Under the pieces are notes generated by a model, which saw only the letters and a list, made by a program, of their open reading frames with translations, was not told the DNA's origin and ran no database searches. A stretch of 64,000 bases of DNA, from positions 55,676,001 through 55,740,000 of the forward strand of contig OX597821.1 of assembly GCA_951406725.2 (NCBI GenBank), read 5' to 3'. This DNA comes from Octopus vulgaris (lineage: Eukaryota). A program made the position numbers and the translations under genes. Below, in pieces: positions 24,012 through 37,160 of this stretch. How positions within the stretch are numbered: the first letter of the stretch is position 1; every line of letters begins with the position of its first letter.

Positions 24012-24329
24012 ATAACAGAATAACTAACAAACATAATTTTGAAAAATAAGTGTCTGACAACGTAAAGACTTCTTCAACTACACAGAGAGATGCCTGCACC
24101 ACCGTAAGCAATGAGGAGAGAAAGAAGCACTTTACAAGGTCATATTTCTTAGGTTAAAACGTATCTTTTACTTATTTCCGATATTTCTTCATACGTTTTT
24201 TTCAATGTATTTATGCTACATGAATTGTTTTATTGAATCATCTGTTACATTTCAATGCTTCTTTAACGATATGTATACATTTGCATTGTAAATCGAAGAT
24301 ATACTGTTAAAATTCTCTACCCTCTCTTT

Positions 24330-24437
24330 CCTTTCTGTTGTACCTGTATTTCAAAGGTCCAGCCTTGTCACAATCTGTGTCACGCCGAATCTCCCCAAGA
24401 ACTACATTAAGGGTAAACGTGTCTGTAGAGTACTCCA
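24330..24437 (+). mobile_element. Fragment of SINE family C
   Basis: ttgtacctgtatttcaaa..ccagccttgtcaca...ctacattaagggtaaacgtgtctgtagagt, matching 23827-23925. Confidence 0.8.
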
Positions 24438-25208
24438 CATCATTTGAAGCAAAGTTGTCTTCTAGATGTGCAGCATGACCGGATAATTTTTGTTACATTT
24501 GTGGCGAGTTTATGTCTCAGAAACGTCAGAAAAAATTATCGAATTTCTGAACAAATTTTACTATGCCTAATTTGATGTGAAATTAGTAGAGCAAGCTAAG
24601 AAGTTGATTCCTCAGACGTTCTTCTCGATTTGTGTTGAAGCGACTGAGACAATTAACTAAATGTACGGAGTAATCTCTTCATTTTTGGAGTTCCAGTCAT
24701 ATGGAGAGCGTAAAAATCAAAGTGGTGTACTACTTTTGCTCATGTAAGGTGCAGGGACACAATTTGTGAGACAGAAGGAAGAAATAGCAATGACGATGAA
24801 GACTTCAATAGCAGTGAAGATTAAGAGCTTCGAGTATTTCATCAGTATGACTTAAATGCTCTAATGAGGAACTTAGACCCCGTAACGAAGTCAGCAGAGC
24901 TTTTAGGTTTCAGACTGAAATCCAAGAATCTTTTAACTTCTCAAGCAATTCGTAAAAGCCTTGTCACAGAATTGAGAGGGTTTCAAGTATTTGCGTGACA
25001 AGTTTACTGCTCTATCAGACGCCAAGGTTGAAGAGGATGTACTTATAGGACCAGATATAAAGAAATTGTCAATGATGAAAATTTTGTAAACTCTCTTCGT
25101 GATTCTCAAAAAGAAGCATGGCTTAGTTTTAAAGATGTGATGAAGAATTTCTTGAATAATCGCTAGGATCCAAACTACAAAGCTATAGTGGGAAGGATGG
25201 TGGAAACT
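24436..25208 (+). pseudogene. Decayed DNA transposase, Chapaev (CMC-Chapaev-3)-like, internally deleted
   Basis: DNFCYICGEF, FGVPVIWR..N...YFC and later FTALSDAKVEEDVLIGPDIKKL, QKEAWLSFKDVMKNFL.NR.DPNYKAIV. Family assignment is from recalled motifs, not a search. Confidence 0.7.
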
Positions 25209-25430
25209 TGACCTCGACGGAAATTGAACTCAGATCACAAAGACGAATGAAATATTGCTGAGCATTACACCGAACGTGCTAATGGTCCTACCAGCTCGCT
25301 GCCTTAATATATACCCTTTGGGTCAAGGTCAGCAGTTTCGGGGTAGAGTGTAAGTCGATTACATCGACCCCTAGTGTCCAACTAGTGCTTATTTTATCGA
25401 CCTCTAAAAGATGAAAGGTAACGTTGAACT
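25208..25430 (-). mobile_element. Two fragments of SINE family B
   Basis: gacctcgacggaaattgaactcag...ccagctcgctgcctt and gtcgattacatcgacccc...ttatcgacc...gatgaaagg; match 38553-38737. Confidence 0.75.
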
Positions 25431-25996
25431 TGTAAGAAAATATATCCTGAAATAGTAATGATTGTTATTCTGTTCTATTTTTCTGGTATAGTGATTAAAT
25501 CTAGTATTAGTATCTTAAGTTCTCATTAATTTATCTTTGTCATAGTAACTTCGTTAAACATTTTCAATTGCATTCAAAGATTGGAGCCGATTTTCATTCA
25601 TGCAGCTGTGTCGTTCGCGAAAATTTATGTAGAATGTCAATTTTGTTTTATGGCAAATAATTTTAAGCAAGATTGCATTTTTTCCTATTATTTCAAAAAA
25701 TCATTTACTTGTTATCTGTTTCTTGAGAACTCATTAGAGTTCTCATTGAAGCTATTTTAACTTCATACCGCTACAAAAACAAAATATGACAGACTCCATC
25801 TAAAACAAAACTGAATTAACTGACTGGAAAATATTCAATTTGCAAATGGCATCAATCAATGGCTATCACGGTCTGAATGTACTTCAACTCTGATTAGTTG
25901 CTGGCTTTCTTCTACAAAGCTAATTAAGAATTGCATTAGAAAACTGCTTAAGAATATCAAGTTCCGTTTTAAATGTCATCCATATTATCAGTTTCA

Positions 25997-26195
25997 AGTT
26001 TTTACAAGGCCACCGCGGGAGAGTTAAGACGATCAGATCGGCTCCGGTATTCGACTGGTACTTATCTTACCGACTCCAAAAGGATGAAAGGCAAAGATGA
26101 TACTGGCGGCATTTGAACTAATACCACACATAGAATTATAGACCATAGCTAAAAGATAGTCAGTATTCTCCTTGACAAAGATTCTGCTATCAATA
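25997..26195 (-). mobile_element. SINE family B, diverged
   Basis: ctggtacttat...aaaggatgaaaggcaaag...ggcggcatttgaact; matches 38553-38737. Confidence 0.7.
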
Positions 26196-26224
26196 AGTAC
26201 AAACATTAGCTCACACACCTAGAA

Positions 26225-26277
<53 letters not shown>

Positions 26278-26402
26278 TCTTCCTCCTTCTCTCTGGTTTC
26301 TCTATCACAACCGGTCTCCACTCTTAATAATTAGTTAGATGCACGCATTTTCCACCCAGATGTACTAAAATACACACACAGATATAATCACACGCACGCA
26401 TG

Positions 26403-26466
<64 letters not shown>

Positions 26467-28211
26467 TTCAGTAAAATTTAGATTCAGTTGAATATGGTAC
26501 TTAAGTTAAAGGCACCAGAATTTAGTATGGTAGTATTATCCATATATATATATATATATATATATATTCCAAAAAACACACACGCACGTACACAAATTCA
26601 TTCGTTTTTGCTGAATGTTTCTCGCTTTCCATGCTGCACAGGTAACATTTCGTATGACAATTCTCCTTGCGAAAAGGCAACCGCCTTGGACCTATAGACA
26701 AATTTTGCTCAATTTATCATTTTCTCTAATATTTCTAGTAGATCAATAACCTGGCACCGTAGTTTCTCTTAACTTCATGTATTCATTGATGTTATTGTTG
26801 CTGTTGTTCTTTTATTCCTCTCTTTATTAAAACTATTAAATTCTAAAGATAGTAGGTGTAGGAATCGTCATAGCTTTGGATATATTCTTTACATTACAGT
26901 CTTTACATTTTAAAGATAACTTTGGGCTTCACCATTCTAGGATTGATAAAATTATATGCAATTTAAGTTGTAGTTTTCTTAAAGCTTCTGATGGAATCTC
27001 AGAGCATCTTTTGGAAATTGATATGTTATATTTCGCCTTTTGCTATCTTAATAGTGCTTTAAGAAATTATCCTTACTGTATGATCGTTTCTTTCAATTGA
27101 GTGTTTGGGGTATTTGTAAGACTTGATTTATAGCTATTTTTGAGGCACTATATTGTCTATCATACATTTCTGTATAACCGCTAAAGTATATGGATTTAGA
27201 TGTTGTCTTACATCTCATTCGTATTTCCCTCTCTATCTCCCCCCCTTTCTCTCGCTCTCTTTCTCTCTCTTTCTAATTAATATTATTTTATGATTGCTAC
27301 TCGCGTAGAACGTAGCTGTGTAATAACGGAGAAAAATAATTAATTATTGGTCTTTGATTCTTGGCTGTCTAATAAATTTCAGTTTTATAAATATGGTAGC
27401 GACAGGAGGCATAATGGTTTGTGAGTAATTAATCCCTTAATTTGACGGGGCTTCTGATATTACATAACTTTTTGAAAGTAATATCAATAAGCACACAATA
27501 AAAAGTTCTACACCGGTGTGGCTGTATCATAAGAAGTTTGCTTGCCAACCACATGGTTCGTGACCCGTTGTATTTGACACAAGGAATCTAAAAGAAACTC
27601 GTTTTATTGATTATGCAACTGAGCACTTGAAATAAAATACATTTATATTTTAGTTACGCTTTCTTCGCACGCTTAAAATAATAAACCTGTGGTTCTTTAT
27701 ACTAAACATACGAGTAGTATCGTATATGTATATGTGTGTGTATGTGAGTATGTGTGGTGCGTGCGCGTGTGTGTGTGTGTGTGCAGAAGTGAGTACTACA
27801 CAGTTGAAAGCTCCGCATAACAGATGCTAGAAAACTTATGGGATATTCAGGAGAGAATGCGCGCTGTTTCTGGGCTTTCCTCTCGATGGCATTATCGTGC
27901 ACCGGTTCCCATCATGAGATGACGCCCCGCTTGCTAGATCAACTGGTTATTAGTTTTCGCACAATATTCTTCTAGTCATTGCTCATCGTCTCTTTTTGTC
28001 TAAATCCAGTGGCTCGTCTTCTCCACAGTAGTCTGCATGTCACTCATGATGGCATTTGCTTTACGATGAATCAGACCTAGTGACAATTACAATAATCTCA
28101 CACTGTGTTCAATGAAATCATCTACATCCACCTTCGATTGGAAAATGCATGTATGTATGCATGTATGTATGCATGTTTGTATGTATGTATGTATGCATGC
28201 ACGTATGTATA

Positions 28212-28683
28212 CAGTAATCCCTCGACTATCGCAAGTATTACGTTCGAAATCCCTCCGCGATAGGTGAAAATCTGCTGAGTGGAAACAGTATAGTTTTTTA
28301 TTATTTTTATGATTTGTATTTATTTATTTTATTGTAAATGCAAAACAACACCATCCACTCGGCTCCCAAGTTTAGTTTTCCACAGCAAATGCAATTCTAT
28401 GTTTACTCATCTACAGTACACTACGTATTTTCTTTTGATATAGTTCAATTAATGTGTTATACAGTGCAGTACTGTACAGTGTTTATATTTATTGTTCTAT
28501 TAATATTCAGGCGTGAAAATTCTTATTTTATCACAGAAATAATTAAAATCTAAAGAACATATAAATACCTGTCGGTCGCAGAAACCCATAAGATACTGAG
28601 AACACCACGATATAAATTTACAAATATTAGCTAGAAAGATCCGCGATGTACTAAGGGCGCGATAAGTGAACCTGTGATTATTG
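28212..28683. mobile_element. Tigger/pogo-like MITE
   Basis: TA-CAGTAATCCCTCGACTATCGC left end, subterminal CGCGATA(G/A)GTGAA motifs at both ends, degenerate right end gattattg-TA. Confidence 0.55.
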
Positions 28684-30005
28684 TATTCTATTTTACTATA
28701 TCATGTAATGATATATTATATTTCTCATTATCAGGCATTGTGTGTGACTATGTTCCTATGTTTGTGTGTGACTATGTTCCTTAAGTTCAGCTCAGTTGTG
28801 TATTAACGGTCTAAGAGAAGGAGTATTTTAAAAAATTGTCTTAATACGCTTCTCCGTTTATAGCCTTGATTTTGAATATTTTTTAGGAAATTATGTAAGG
28901 AAAAAGGTGTATAAAATCTACATTTTAATTTTTTTCTTTACTTATTACGACGTTCTTAAAATTTCTCGTCGGTGGAAATCATGTATAGCAGAATTTCATT
29001 CTTTTTAGAAATCGTCAGCATGATATAACCTTGTATTTATTGATTAAAAGTCTTACGAAAAGAGATATTTCAAATAAATGAAGATAATTACAGTCTGGGA
29101 GAAATTCATGGAATGTGTTTTGATTTTTTTCTTCGTTACAGAGCGTTTGTAGATTAGCAAACGAGAAAGCGAGAATAAAGTTTCCAGGGAAGTCTACTTT
29201 GAAAAGTTCCGTTAAATTAGTCAATATAAATATTTTATAAAGAGATGCATTTCTTTTAGATAAAAATAATTACAGTCGGAAAGAAATTCATGTAACTGTT
29301 CTTTTTCCTCCTCTTTATAAAACATTAGTAGATTAGGAATTGAGAGAAAAAGAGAAATTCTTTAGTGCTTACATACAGGGCAACAGTTTCCAGTGAATTC
29401 TACCGTGTGCAGGTGTCTTTATTTTTTATTTTAACTAAAACAAAATTCACGAGCTGTTTTCTATATATTCTCTTACACATAACGATTTCAAGTTGCTACA
29501 TCGCAGTTGTCATCCCCCATTAATTATGGGGAAAAAATAGTTCATTTCATTCCCTCCAGCTATCACTACCACTCACTTGCTTATTCATTTTTCTAATTAC
29601 ATTCATAAGACAGTTCTTCAATTTTGCGTAGATTCTCCTAGATTAAATGTTTGACATATTGTTTTTGTGATATGTCATTTGTAAATATTTCAAAACAACT
29701 ATTTCTGTAAATTAGGCGGATTTCTCAAGCCAGTAGGGACAGTTTCCATTCTGAGCAAGATTCTTTAAGTCTAATTATTCTTTCGAGAAACTCACGAGCT
29801 TTAGAATAATAATAATAAACAAACAAATAAATAATTATGACGACATTGTAGAAAAGCAGGAAATTTTAAATATTGTCTTACATTAACAGTATTTGTAATA
29901 ACCAAATTTGAAAAATTTTACACGCAGGCACTCATACTTATGTACATGTTTACAAACACGCACTCATGTATGTTTATACATACATACACACACACACACA
30001 TATAC

Positions 30006-30039
<34 letters not shown>

Positions 30040-30356
30040 CGTTCAAATTTACAAAACACAACAGACGAAGACAAATGTAAGTACAAGCAGGTGTATATAT
30101 ATATAATATATTATATATACAGCGAGAGAGAGAGATACAGAGAGAGAGAGAAGGAGAGATTGGAATGGAGAGGGAGAAAGAGCGAGAGACCGTATATACT
30201 TAATATTATATATATCATTTTGAGAAATTTTACACACACACACACACTCATACATATGTACATGTATACACACACGTATATATTGTTCAAATTTACAGAA
30301 AACAAAAGAAGAAGACAGGTGTTAGAATGACAAGCAGGTATATATATATATATATA

Positions 30357-32200
30357 ATGAATTAAAGAAACATTCAGATGGTGAAAGCTTGGAAAGTGTT
30401 TTTTTTAAACTGTGGAATGCAACCTGTGAAGCTGAAGAAGCCAATTTCCTACAACGCTGGGAAAGACAAACCAATTTCGTTATTAACTACGAAACACAGA
30501 TCAACATTGGAAACGCATCGGATGACCCCTTCCTGAAGGAAAAATAAACCAAAACATTACACAGAAATGGCCACACACTTAGCTAACACAAACTACAGAC
30601 CACCTAGGGGACACAACTCCACCGACCTAACCTCGCTTACACCCCAAAATAACTTTCAAATAACTATCAAGAATTCAGCCCACAATAGAAAATCTGGACG
30701 TAATCCTCAATGCACCCTACATAAATTAAAGGATCCATCGAAACCTCCAGACTAACCTAAACTTTCGGTTACTAATACCTACCAATCTACTCCCATGATC
30801 TCACAATCAATGAACGAATTTACCTCCGAGACTTAACCCTGGACATGGTTACTTCAATCATTCAACTAGACACAATCTCACTTGACAACATATCTTCTCC
30901 CACCACCCACTTTACAATATTAAAAATAAATTTAACCCAAGCCACATCAACCACAGACAATATAACAACCCTCAGTACAACCATAATCTAGTCCGCTACA
31001 CGGTCACTCCACCACACGCATACTACCACAGACACTTTATACCCATTTGTCCTCAGCAAACCAAACACAATACAGACTTTCTACAACAATCTACTTACTA
31101 CAAGCATTTTTTAGACCTAAATCAGAGAAACAGAGATGTGAAATGGAAGAAAATGTACAAGAACAACCGAAAATAATCAACTTATCTAAGAATATCCAAA
31201 CTAAAATTCTAGCAAGAGGTTTAATGTTTACTCCAACCCTTCGCAGATCGAACCCGAATGAAATTAAGGATAACACTATGGATTTCTGCCGAAAATTACG
31301 CCTCACAGAAGCACTACACAACTACACCAGAGAAGATGACTCAATAGTAAAAAACAAAAGCGAATACTGTCCTACAAAAGGTAGAAATAAAGCACTTGAT
31401 CTTTTTTGTGGACACATTACCAATTTTCCTTTTAATATCCGACAAAAATAACGAATTAAATCTAACCTTAACGTAAATGAATGGAAAGACCTAACCGACT
31501 TTAAAAATAATATAAACCTCACCATTAAAGAAGCCGACAAAGGAAGTGCGGTAGTGGTGACGGACACAGGGTACTACAAAAATTTAGTATTCGCCATGTT
31601 GGAAAATATTTACTATAAGAAGATAGTACAATACAAACCACAGAAGTCACTTAAAAACTTATCCTCCTTACTTCAAATACATGGAAAGGGCCTTACTAAG
31701 AATGAAATTGACTATTTAAACCAATTTTAGATACAGACCTAGTCTATTCTACGTATTACCTAATTTACACTAAAATCTACATATTTGTAAAGCTTACAAA
31801 GTTTCTCCAAGCCTATGCATTAATGTTCTTCACCCTACTAACCTCAAACTGAGACCCATCATTGCTGGCCCTGTTTGTGAAACCCACCGTTTGAGCAACT
31901 TCGTCGACATCTTACTCAAACCGTTTCTAAAACATGTGAAAAGCTTCATCAGGGATGACTTAGACATGCTTAAACACCTACCGAAGGAAACCTGTTAGTA
32001 TCATTCGATGTGGTGAATTTGTACACCAATATATCCCACACGATTATAGTATAGAAGAAATCACCTTCTGGCTAGGAAAATACCCAGAAGAGACCACAGA
32101 TTCATCATCCTAGCACCCAAATTCATCCTACTGAACAACTATTTCATGTTCGATACAGTTTACTATCGACAAAAATGTGGAATTGCAATGGGAACCCGTC
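30357..32200 (+). pseudogene. Decayed PLE related to the intact element (ORF1 C-half + RT N-half), truncated at both ends
   Basis: IINLSKN..LARGLMFTPT..DFCRKLRL, IKEADKGSAVVV, LKLRPIIAGPVCETHRLSNFVDILLKPFLKHVKSFIRDDLDML, SFDVVNLYTNI, YYRQKCGIAMGT; with stops and frameshifts. Confidence 0.93.
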
Positions 32201-32204
32201 CATT

Positions 32205-32326
32205 TGACAGAACCGCTAAGTTACGGGAGTGTAAACACATCAGCATCGATAGTCAAGCGAACAAACACAGACACACACACACAAACATATACATACATAA
32301 ATACATACATACATACATACATACAT

Positions 32327-32387
<61 letters not shown>

Positions 32388-32715
32388 ATAAGAATGTGTA
32401 TTGTCCGTTTAATTGGAAAATTCTATATGTGGATGAAGATTGCTCGACATTTTAAAACTGATGTAATACTTACAGTGTTTAATAAAATGAAAATAGCATA
32501 AAACAATTGTACTACTCTAGCTTGTATATCCTTGTTGCTTATTTTGATATATATATATACATACAACGGACTCTTTCAGTTTCCGTCTGCCAAACCCACT
32601 CACAAGGCTCTGGTCGGTCCGAGGCTATAGATACCAGCCCAAGATGCCAGGCAGTGGAACTGAACCAGGAACCATGAGGTTGAGAAGCAAGCTTCTTACC
32701 AAACAGTCTCACTTG
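32205..32715 (-). mobile_element. SINE family A (tail 32205-32275, head 32564-32715) split at its internal microsatellite
   Basis: Both halves match the contiguous copy at 61088-61465. Confidence 0.75.
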
Positions 32716-32727
32716 TATATGCTGACA

Positions 32728-32935
32728 TTTTTCTGTTTATTTGCTTCAGCCATTTGACTGCGGCCATGTTGGAGCGCTGCCTTTATTCGAAGAAATCGAC
32801 CCCAAGACTTATTCTTCGTAAGCTTAGTACTTATTTTCTTTTATCGGTGTCTGCCGAACCGCTAGGTTACGGAACATGAACACACCAGCACCGTTTGTCA
32901 AGCGTTGGTGGGGGACAATCACAGACACACACACA
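32728..32935 (-). mobile_element. SINE family A 3' tail
   Basis: catttgactgcggccatgttggagc...atcgaccccaagacttattc...ccgaaccgctag...gtcaagcg..ggtgggggacaa; matches 61088-61300. Confidence 0.85.
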
Positions 32936-33062
32936 CATATACATATGTATGTGTGTGTAACGTGTGTGTAAGGATCATTTATAGAACACGTATCCTATAT
33001 AAACTCAACAAAAAATCAAAGATGGAGAAGAGATGTTAAAAGTTTTATAAAATTTTATTCCA

Positions 33063-33179
33063 TGCATACGATCGTTTCAGATAGTAACACCAGCATGTAA
33101 GAAATATGGAAAACAGAATTAATTAATTTTAATTGTAATTAAATTAATTTAATTACATATTACCAATCTCCTCAGTGCA
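33063..33179 (-). ncRNA. Type I hammerhead ribozyme with very long stem-loop II
   Basis: Minus strand: TGCA-CTGAGGA-GATTGGTAATA...TGTTACTATC(T)-GAAA-CGATCG-TA-TGCA. Canonical core, palindromic stem III, 4-bp stem I. Confidence 0.75.
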
Positions 33180-33556
33180 AAAAAGAAGAAAAGTAGTATC
33201 AAAAGAATATTATGTTGTTACAGGAGACTAGATGGAGTCCATGTCACGTAACTCATTCGGAAATTCATAACACGATTATGAAAGATGAAATATAATAACA
33301 TGCTTAGGTAGTGTTGAGTCTAATTGTATAAGAACTAAAACTGATTTGGCTAACGGAAATTTTGAAATATAAGTGGAAAAAGTTAAAGACACCATTCTCT
33401 CTATATGAGTATAATTAATATAATGAAATACGTTCCATATAAAGTATTTCTCATAAGGAATAAATTATATTATATTAATATATATACACATACAAATAGT
33501 CATACACACACACACACACACACACACTATATATATATATATATATATACATACAT

Positions 33557-33627
<71 letters not shown>

Positions 33628-33649
33628 CATACACACACATACATATATA

Positions 33650-34652
33650 TCAGGTCATCACATAAGTTCTGTCCGAATTTTGAATATAAGAAACAAATGA
33701 CCAAATGTTATATTTAATTGAAATTTAATCATCAATGTACTTTCCCTGATTATCTATGACTTCCTTCCATCTATTTACAAGCTTTTTAATCCCTTCAATG
33801 TAAAACTCTTTTGGTTTCAAAGCGAAGAACTTTGAAATGTTAGTTTCGACTTCTTCCTGTCTTATGAAAGTTATGTCCCCCAAATGATTCTGTAAACTAC
33901 GAAGCAAATGGCAATCTGAAGGAGCAAGATGGGATGAATAAGGTAGATAATGAATCTTTTCCCAACCAAGCTCTTCGATCTTCTGTGATGTGATCTTTGC
34001 AGTGTGGGGTCGCGCATTGTCCTGGTTAAACATCACTCCTTTTTGATTCACTAAAGCGGGCCTTTTTTCTTCAAAGCTTGGTTCAAATGCTTTAATTGCT
34101 GACAGTAGACTTGAGCATTGATTGTTGCATTAGGTAGTAACAATTCAAAGTGAATTACTCCTTTGCAATCCCACCAGATTGAGAGAAGAAACTTTTCTCT
34201 ACGAAGTTCCCTTCTCGGTTGTGGTTGAGCTTTTTCCCTTTCACCATTTAACATTTCGAGAGAGAAATACGACATTTAACATTTCGAAAGAAGATACATT
34301 TTTCGTCATCAGTCACAAGTCTATCGAAAAAGAGTGAAGTGGGTTCGCAAGAATGGAAAGAAGAGCAGGTGTCAACTCGGGATTTGCGGTTGCTTTCAGA
34401 CTGCAGAGTTTCCTTTTTTGAACTCATAAAGTATTATGTGCCTTAAATGCTCTTTGGATACTTGCATGTTAGAAAGTATTTTAAACAAAGAAATTTTAAT
34501 TCTATTATTCTGTAAAATAATATTTAATTAGTTTAAATGTACGCAAATACATAAAAATATTTTTTAATTCCATTAGACATTCTAAAATACTATTAAGTTT
34601 CATTCATTTTTAAAAAAGGTAAAAATCGGACAGAACTTATTAGATGACCAAA
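33650..34652 (-). mobile_element. Mariner (DD34D) transposon, internally deleted, in a TA tract
   Basis: TIRs ggtcatcacataagttctgtccga / tcggacagaacttattagatgacc. Transposase remnants LVTDDEK, IWWDCKG, QDNARPH-(34 aa)-YSSHLAPSD. Confidence 0.92.
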
Positions 34653-34734
34653 TATATATAAAAACAAATGTACACACACATTTACATATACACATGCATG
34701 CACGCAACATAACTCAACCTTACTCGTATATATA

Positions 34735-35150
34735 GTGGGAATTTACAAAAAAGAAAAGACGAAGACGGAGATGTAAACAACAAACAAATGTATTAGTTTA
34801 ACGGTCAGGAAGTGAGAAAGTCTTTTATGTTTCGAGCTTACGCTCTTCGATAGAAAGGAAAACAGAAATAAACATGGAGAGAAAGTAGAAAAAGGTATAG
34901 TGGCTATCAATCTATCATGGTGAATGCCGGACAGAGGGGTGAATGCTAGGAAGAAGGGGAGATAATAAAGTAATGGTGATCACAAAACGGAGGTGCGCGT
35001 GCATTTGTATTTAAGAGCGTGTTTGTGCTTGTGCGTGCGTGCGTGCGTGTGAGAAAGTGTAGGTGTGTGAATGATTGTGTAGGTGCTGGGAATTAGTCAG
35101 TGGTGTGTTGTGGTGTGATGTGGTATGGTGGTGCTGGTGGTATTGGGGTG
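34735..35150 (-). mobile_element. PLE 3'-UTR/pseudo-LTR fragment with hammerhead
   Basis: G/T-rich plus strand like the intact PLE 3' UTR, a hammerhead about 90 nt from the end, and (TA)n borders. Its terminal ~55 bp recur at 30041-30095 and 30283-30340. Confidence 0.6.
34822..34857 (-). ncRNA. Degenerate minimal hammerhead ribozyme
   Basis: Minus strand: CTTT-CTATCGA-A-GAGC GTAA GCTC-GAAA-CA-TA-AAAG. Stems I and II are intact; the core and stem III are mutated. Confidence 0.55.
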
Positions 35151-35170
35151 TATATATATATATATATATA

Positions 35171-35333
35171 CGACGGGCTTCTTTAAGTTTCTGTCTATCA
35201 AATCTACTCAAAAGGCTTTGGTCAGTCCGAGGCTATAGTAGAAGACACTTTCCCAAGTTGTCATGCATTGGGACCGACCTGGAACCATGTGGTTGTTAAG
35301 CATGCTGCTTACCACACAGCCATTCCTGCGCCT
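35171..35333 (-). mobile_element. SINE family A head/core
   Basis: Minus-strand head GGCGCAGGAATGGCTGTGTGGTAAG...GGTTCCAGGTCGGTCCC with tRNA A/B-box-like motifs; best-preserved head copy. Confidence 0.85.
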
Positions 35334-35378
35334 ATGTACATGTATGTACACCTATATATGTAGAGCTATCTATCTATC

Positions 35379-35433
<55 letters not shown>

Positions 35434-36367
35434 AAGAGAAAGAGAGAGACGGAGCGAGGGCGGATGGGGAGAGAGAGAAAGAGAGAGAGAGAGAAACCGT
35501 ATATACATTATTTTGTTTTGTGCAGGATTTGCAACTTTTTTTTTCTGTGAGAAGCTCTGTTCAAGCGTATTTTAGCAGACTTACTTGACAATACCGGTTT
35601 TGTATAACAAAGATGACCTTCCTAAAGTGTTAAAGACACGTATTCGGACATACATGAACGCTTCCACGTGCGTGTGTGTGTGCGTCTGTGTGTGTTAAAA
35701 TGCTAAGAGCAAACATCTGTAAAAAATATCAGTAATACAGTCTGATTTAAAATGGAATGTCTTGAAATGTACAATGAGAGCAAGAAGACAACTTATTTAA
35801 AATGTCTAATTAAAATTTCGAATTCAACGCAAACAACATTAAATCATTTATAAGCCCCAAGCATTTTTGAAAACCTTTCTTCTTTGTTTCAAACATTTGC
35901 ATGTAACAAATAAAAATAATAAAATACGGCCAAATGTAAATGTTCGAAGATAATTAAATATTAATATTACAGAAAATGTAAAGTCAGAAATAAATATCAA
36001 GATTTACATTTGGATTTCTCATTAGTCAGTAGAAGTTAATTAATCATAGAAGTAACATATGAAGACACGGCCATTTGCAATCCATTTACAAGGAATGTTT
36101 ATTTTAGTTTTAAACTTTCTTTTAGTATTTCCTTTTTATATACATACATTTCCTTGGTTCATGACTAACAACATGCTGTAATAATGAAAATGTTTTCTTT
36201 TCATTTATATATTTCAGTAATATTGAATGTTGCAAGTCAAGATTAGAGAGATCTAAATTGCTGAGACACTGGGAAACCAGCTAATAACTCGTTCAATTGT
36301 GCCCTGCCACCAATACAGTATTGTTCGTGGCTCTCAAACAGTAAGCTATGGTTCATACGTTTACATG

Positions 36368-36615
36368 CTTCAGTCATTTGACTGTGGTCATGCTGGAGCA
36401 CGAACTTCGGGAATTCATAGTCGAATGACTCGATTCTACGTCTTATTACTTTTTAAGTCTGGTACTTATTCTATCGCTCCTACTGTCGAACCGCTAACTA
36501 ATGTGGGCGTGGAGACGAAGGCGCACACATACAGATATATATGTGTGTGTGTGTATTTGTGTGTGTGTGTGTGTATGTGTGTGTGTGTGTGTTTGTGTGT
36601 GAGTGTGTGTGTGTA

Positions 36616-36648
<33 letters not shown>

Positions 36649-36981
36649 GTGAGTGTGTGTGTCTGTGTGCGTGTGTGGAAGTAATGGTGCAAAGCAGCAT
36701 TTACGTATAATCACACTTTAGCTTAGTTGAAATATGGATGTCACGTATTTCAACTGGTAAAGGCAGTTAGTTCAGAGTTGCCTCTTGAACATTTCATCGA
36801 CAAGAGTCAATAAATTCGAAACATCAACGTCCGAGATTCCCAAGAGATAGCAACACTTAACCAAATGGATGTTTTCACACCTTTTTACCATAACGGAGAT
36901 TTTTCTCCACTGTAACTACAGTGTATTTGAATTTAGCAGTTGGAATATGTGACAAACATACTTCAACTAACTTAAATTGTG

Positions 36982-37015
<34 letters not shown>

Positions 37016-37160
37016 ATGACTTCTAGATTCTATCTACCAGATCGATCAACAAAAATTTAGTCAGCCCGAGGTTATAGTAGAAGACACTTGCTCAAAGTGT
37101 CGTGCAGTGGAATTGAATTCGGACCCATGTGGTTGCGATGCAAGCTTCTTACCACACAGC
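36368..37160 (-). mobile_element. SINE family A (tail 36368-36525, head 37015-37160) separated by microsatellites and ~300 bp of other sequence
   Basis: Both halves match 61088-61465. Confidence 0.65.

Noticed and set aside
32450-32515. CTGATG...AAAA-CAATTG-TA hammerhead-like remnant
   Set aside because: Both core halves are mutated and no stem I or II closes the fold.
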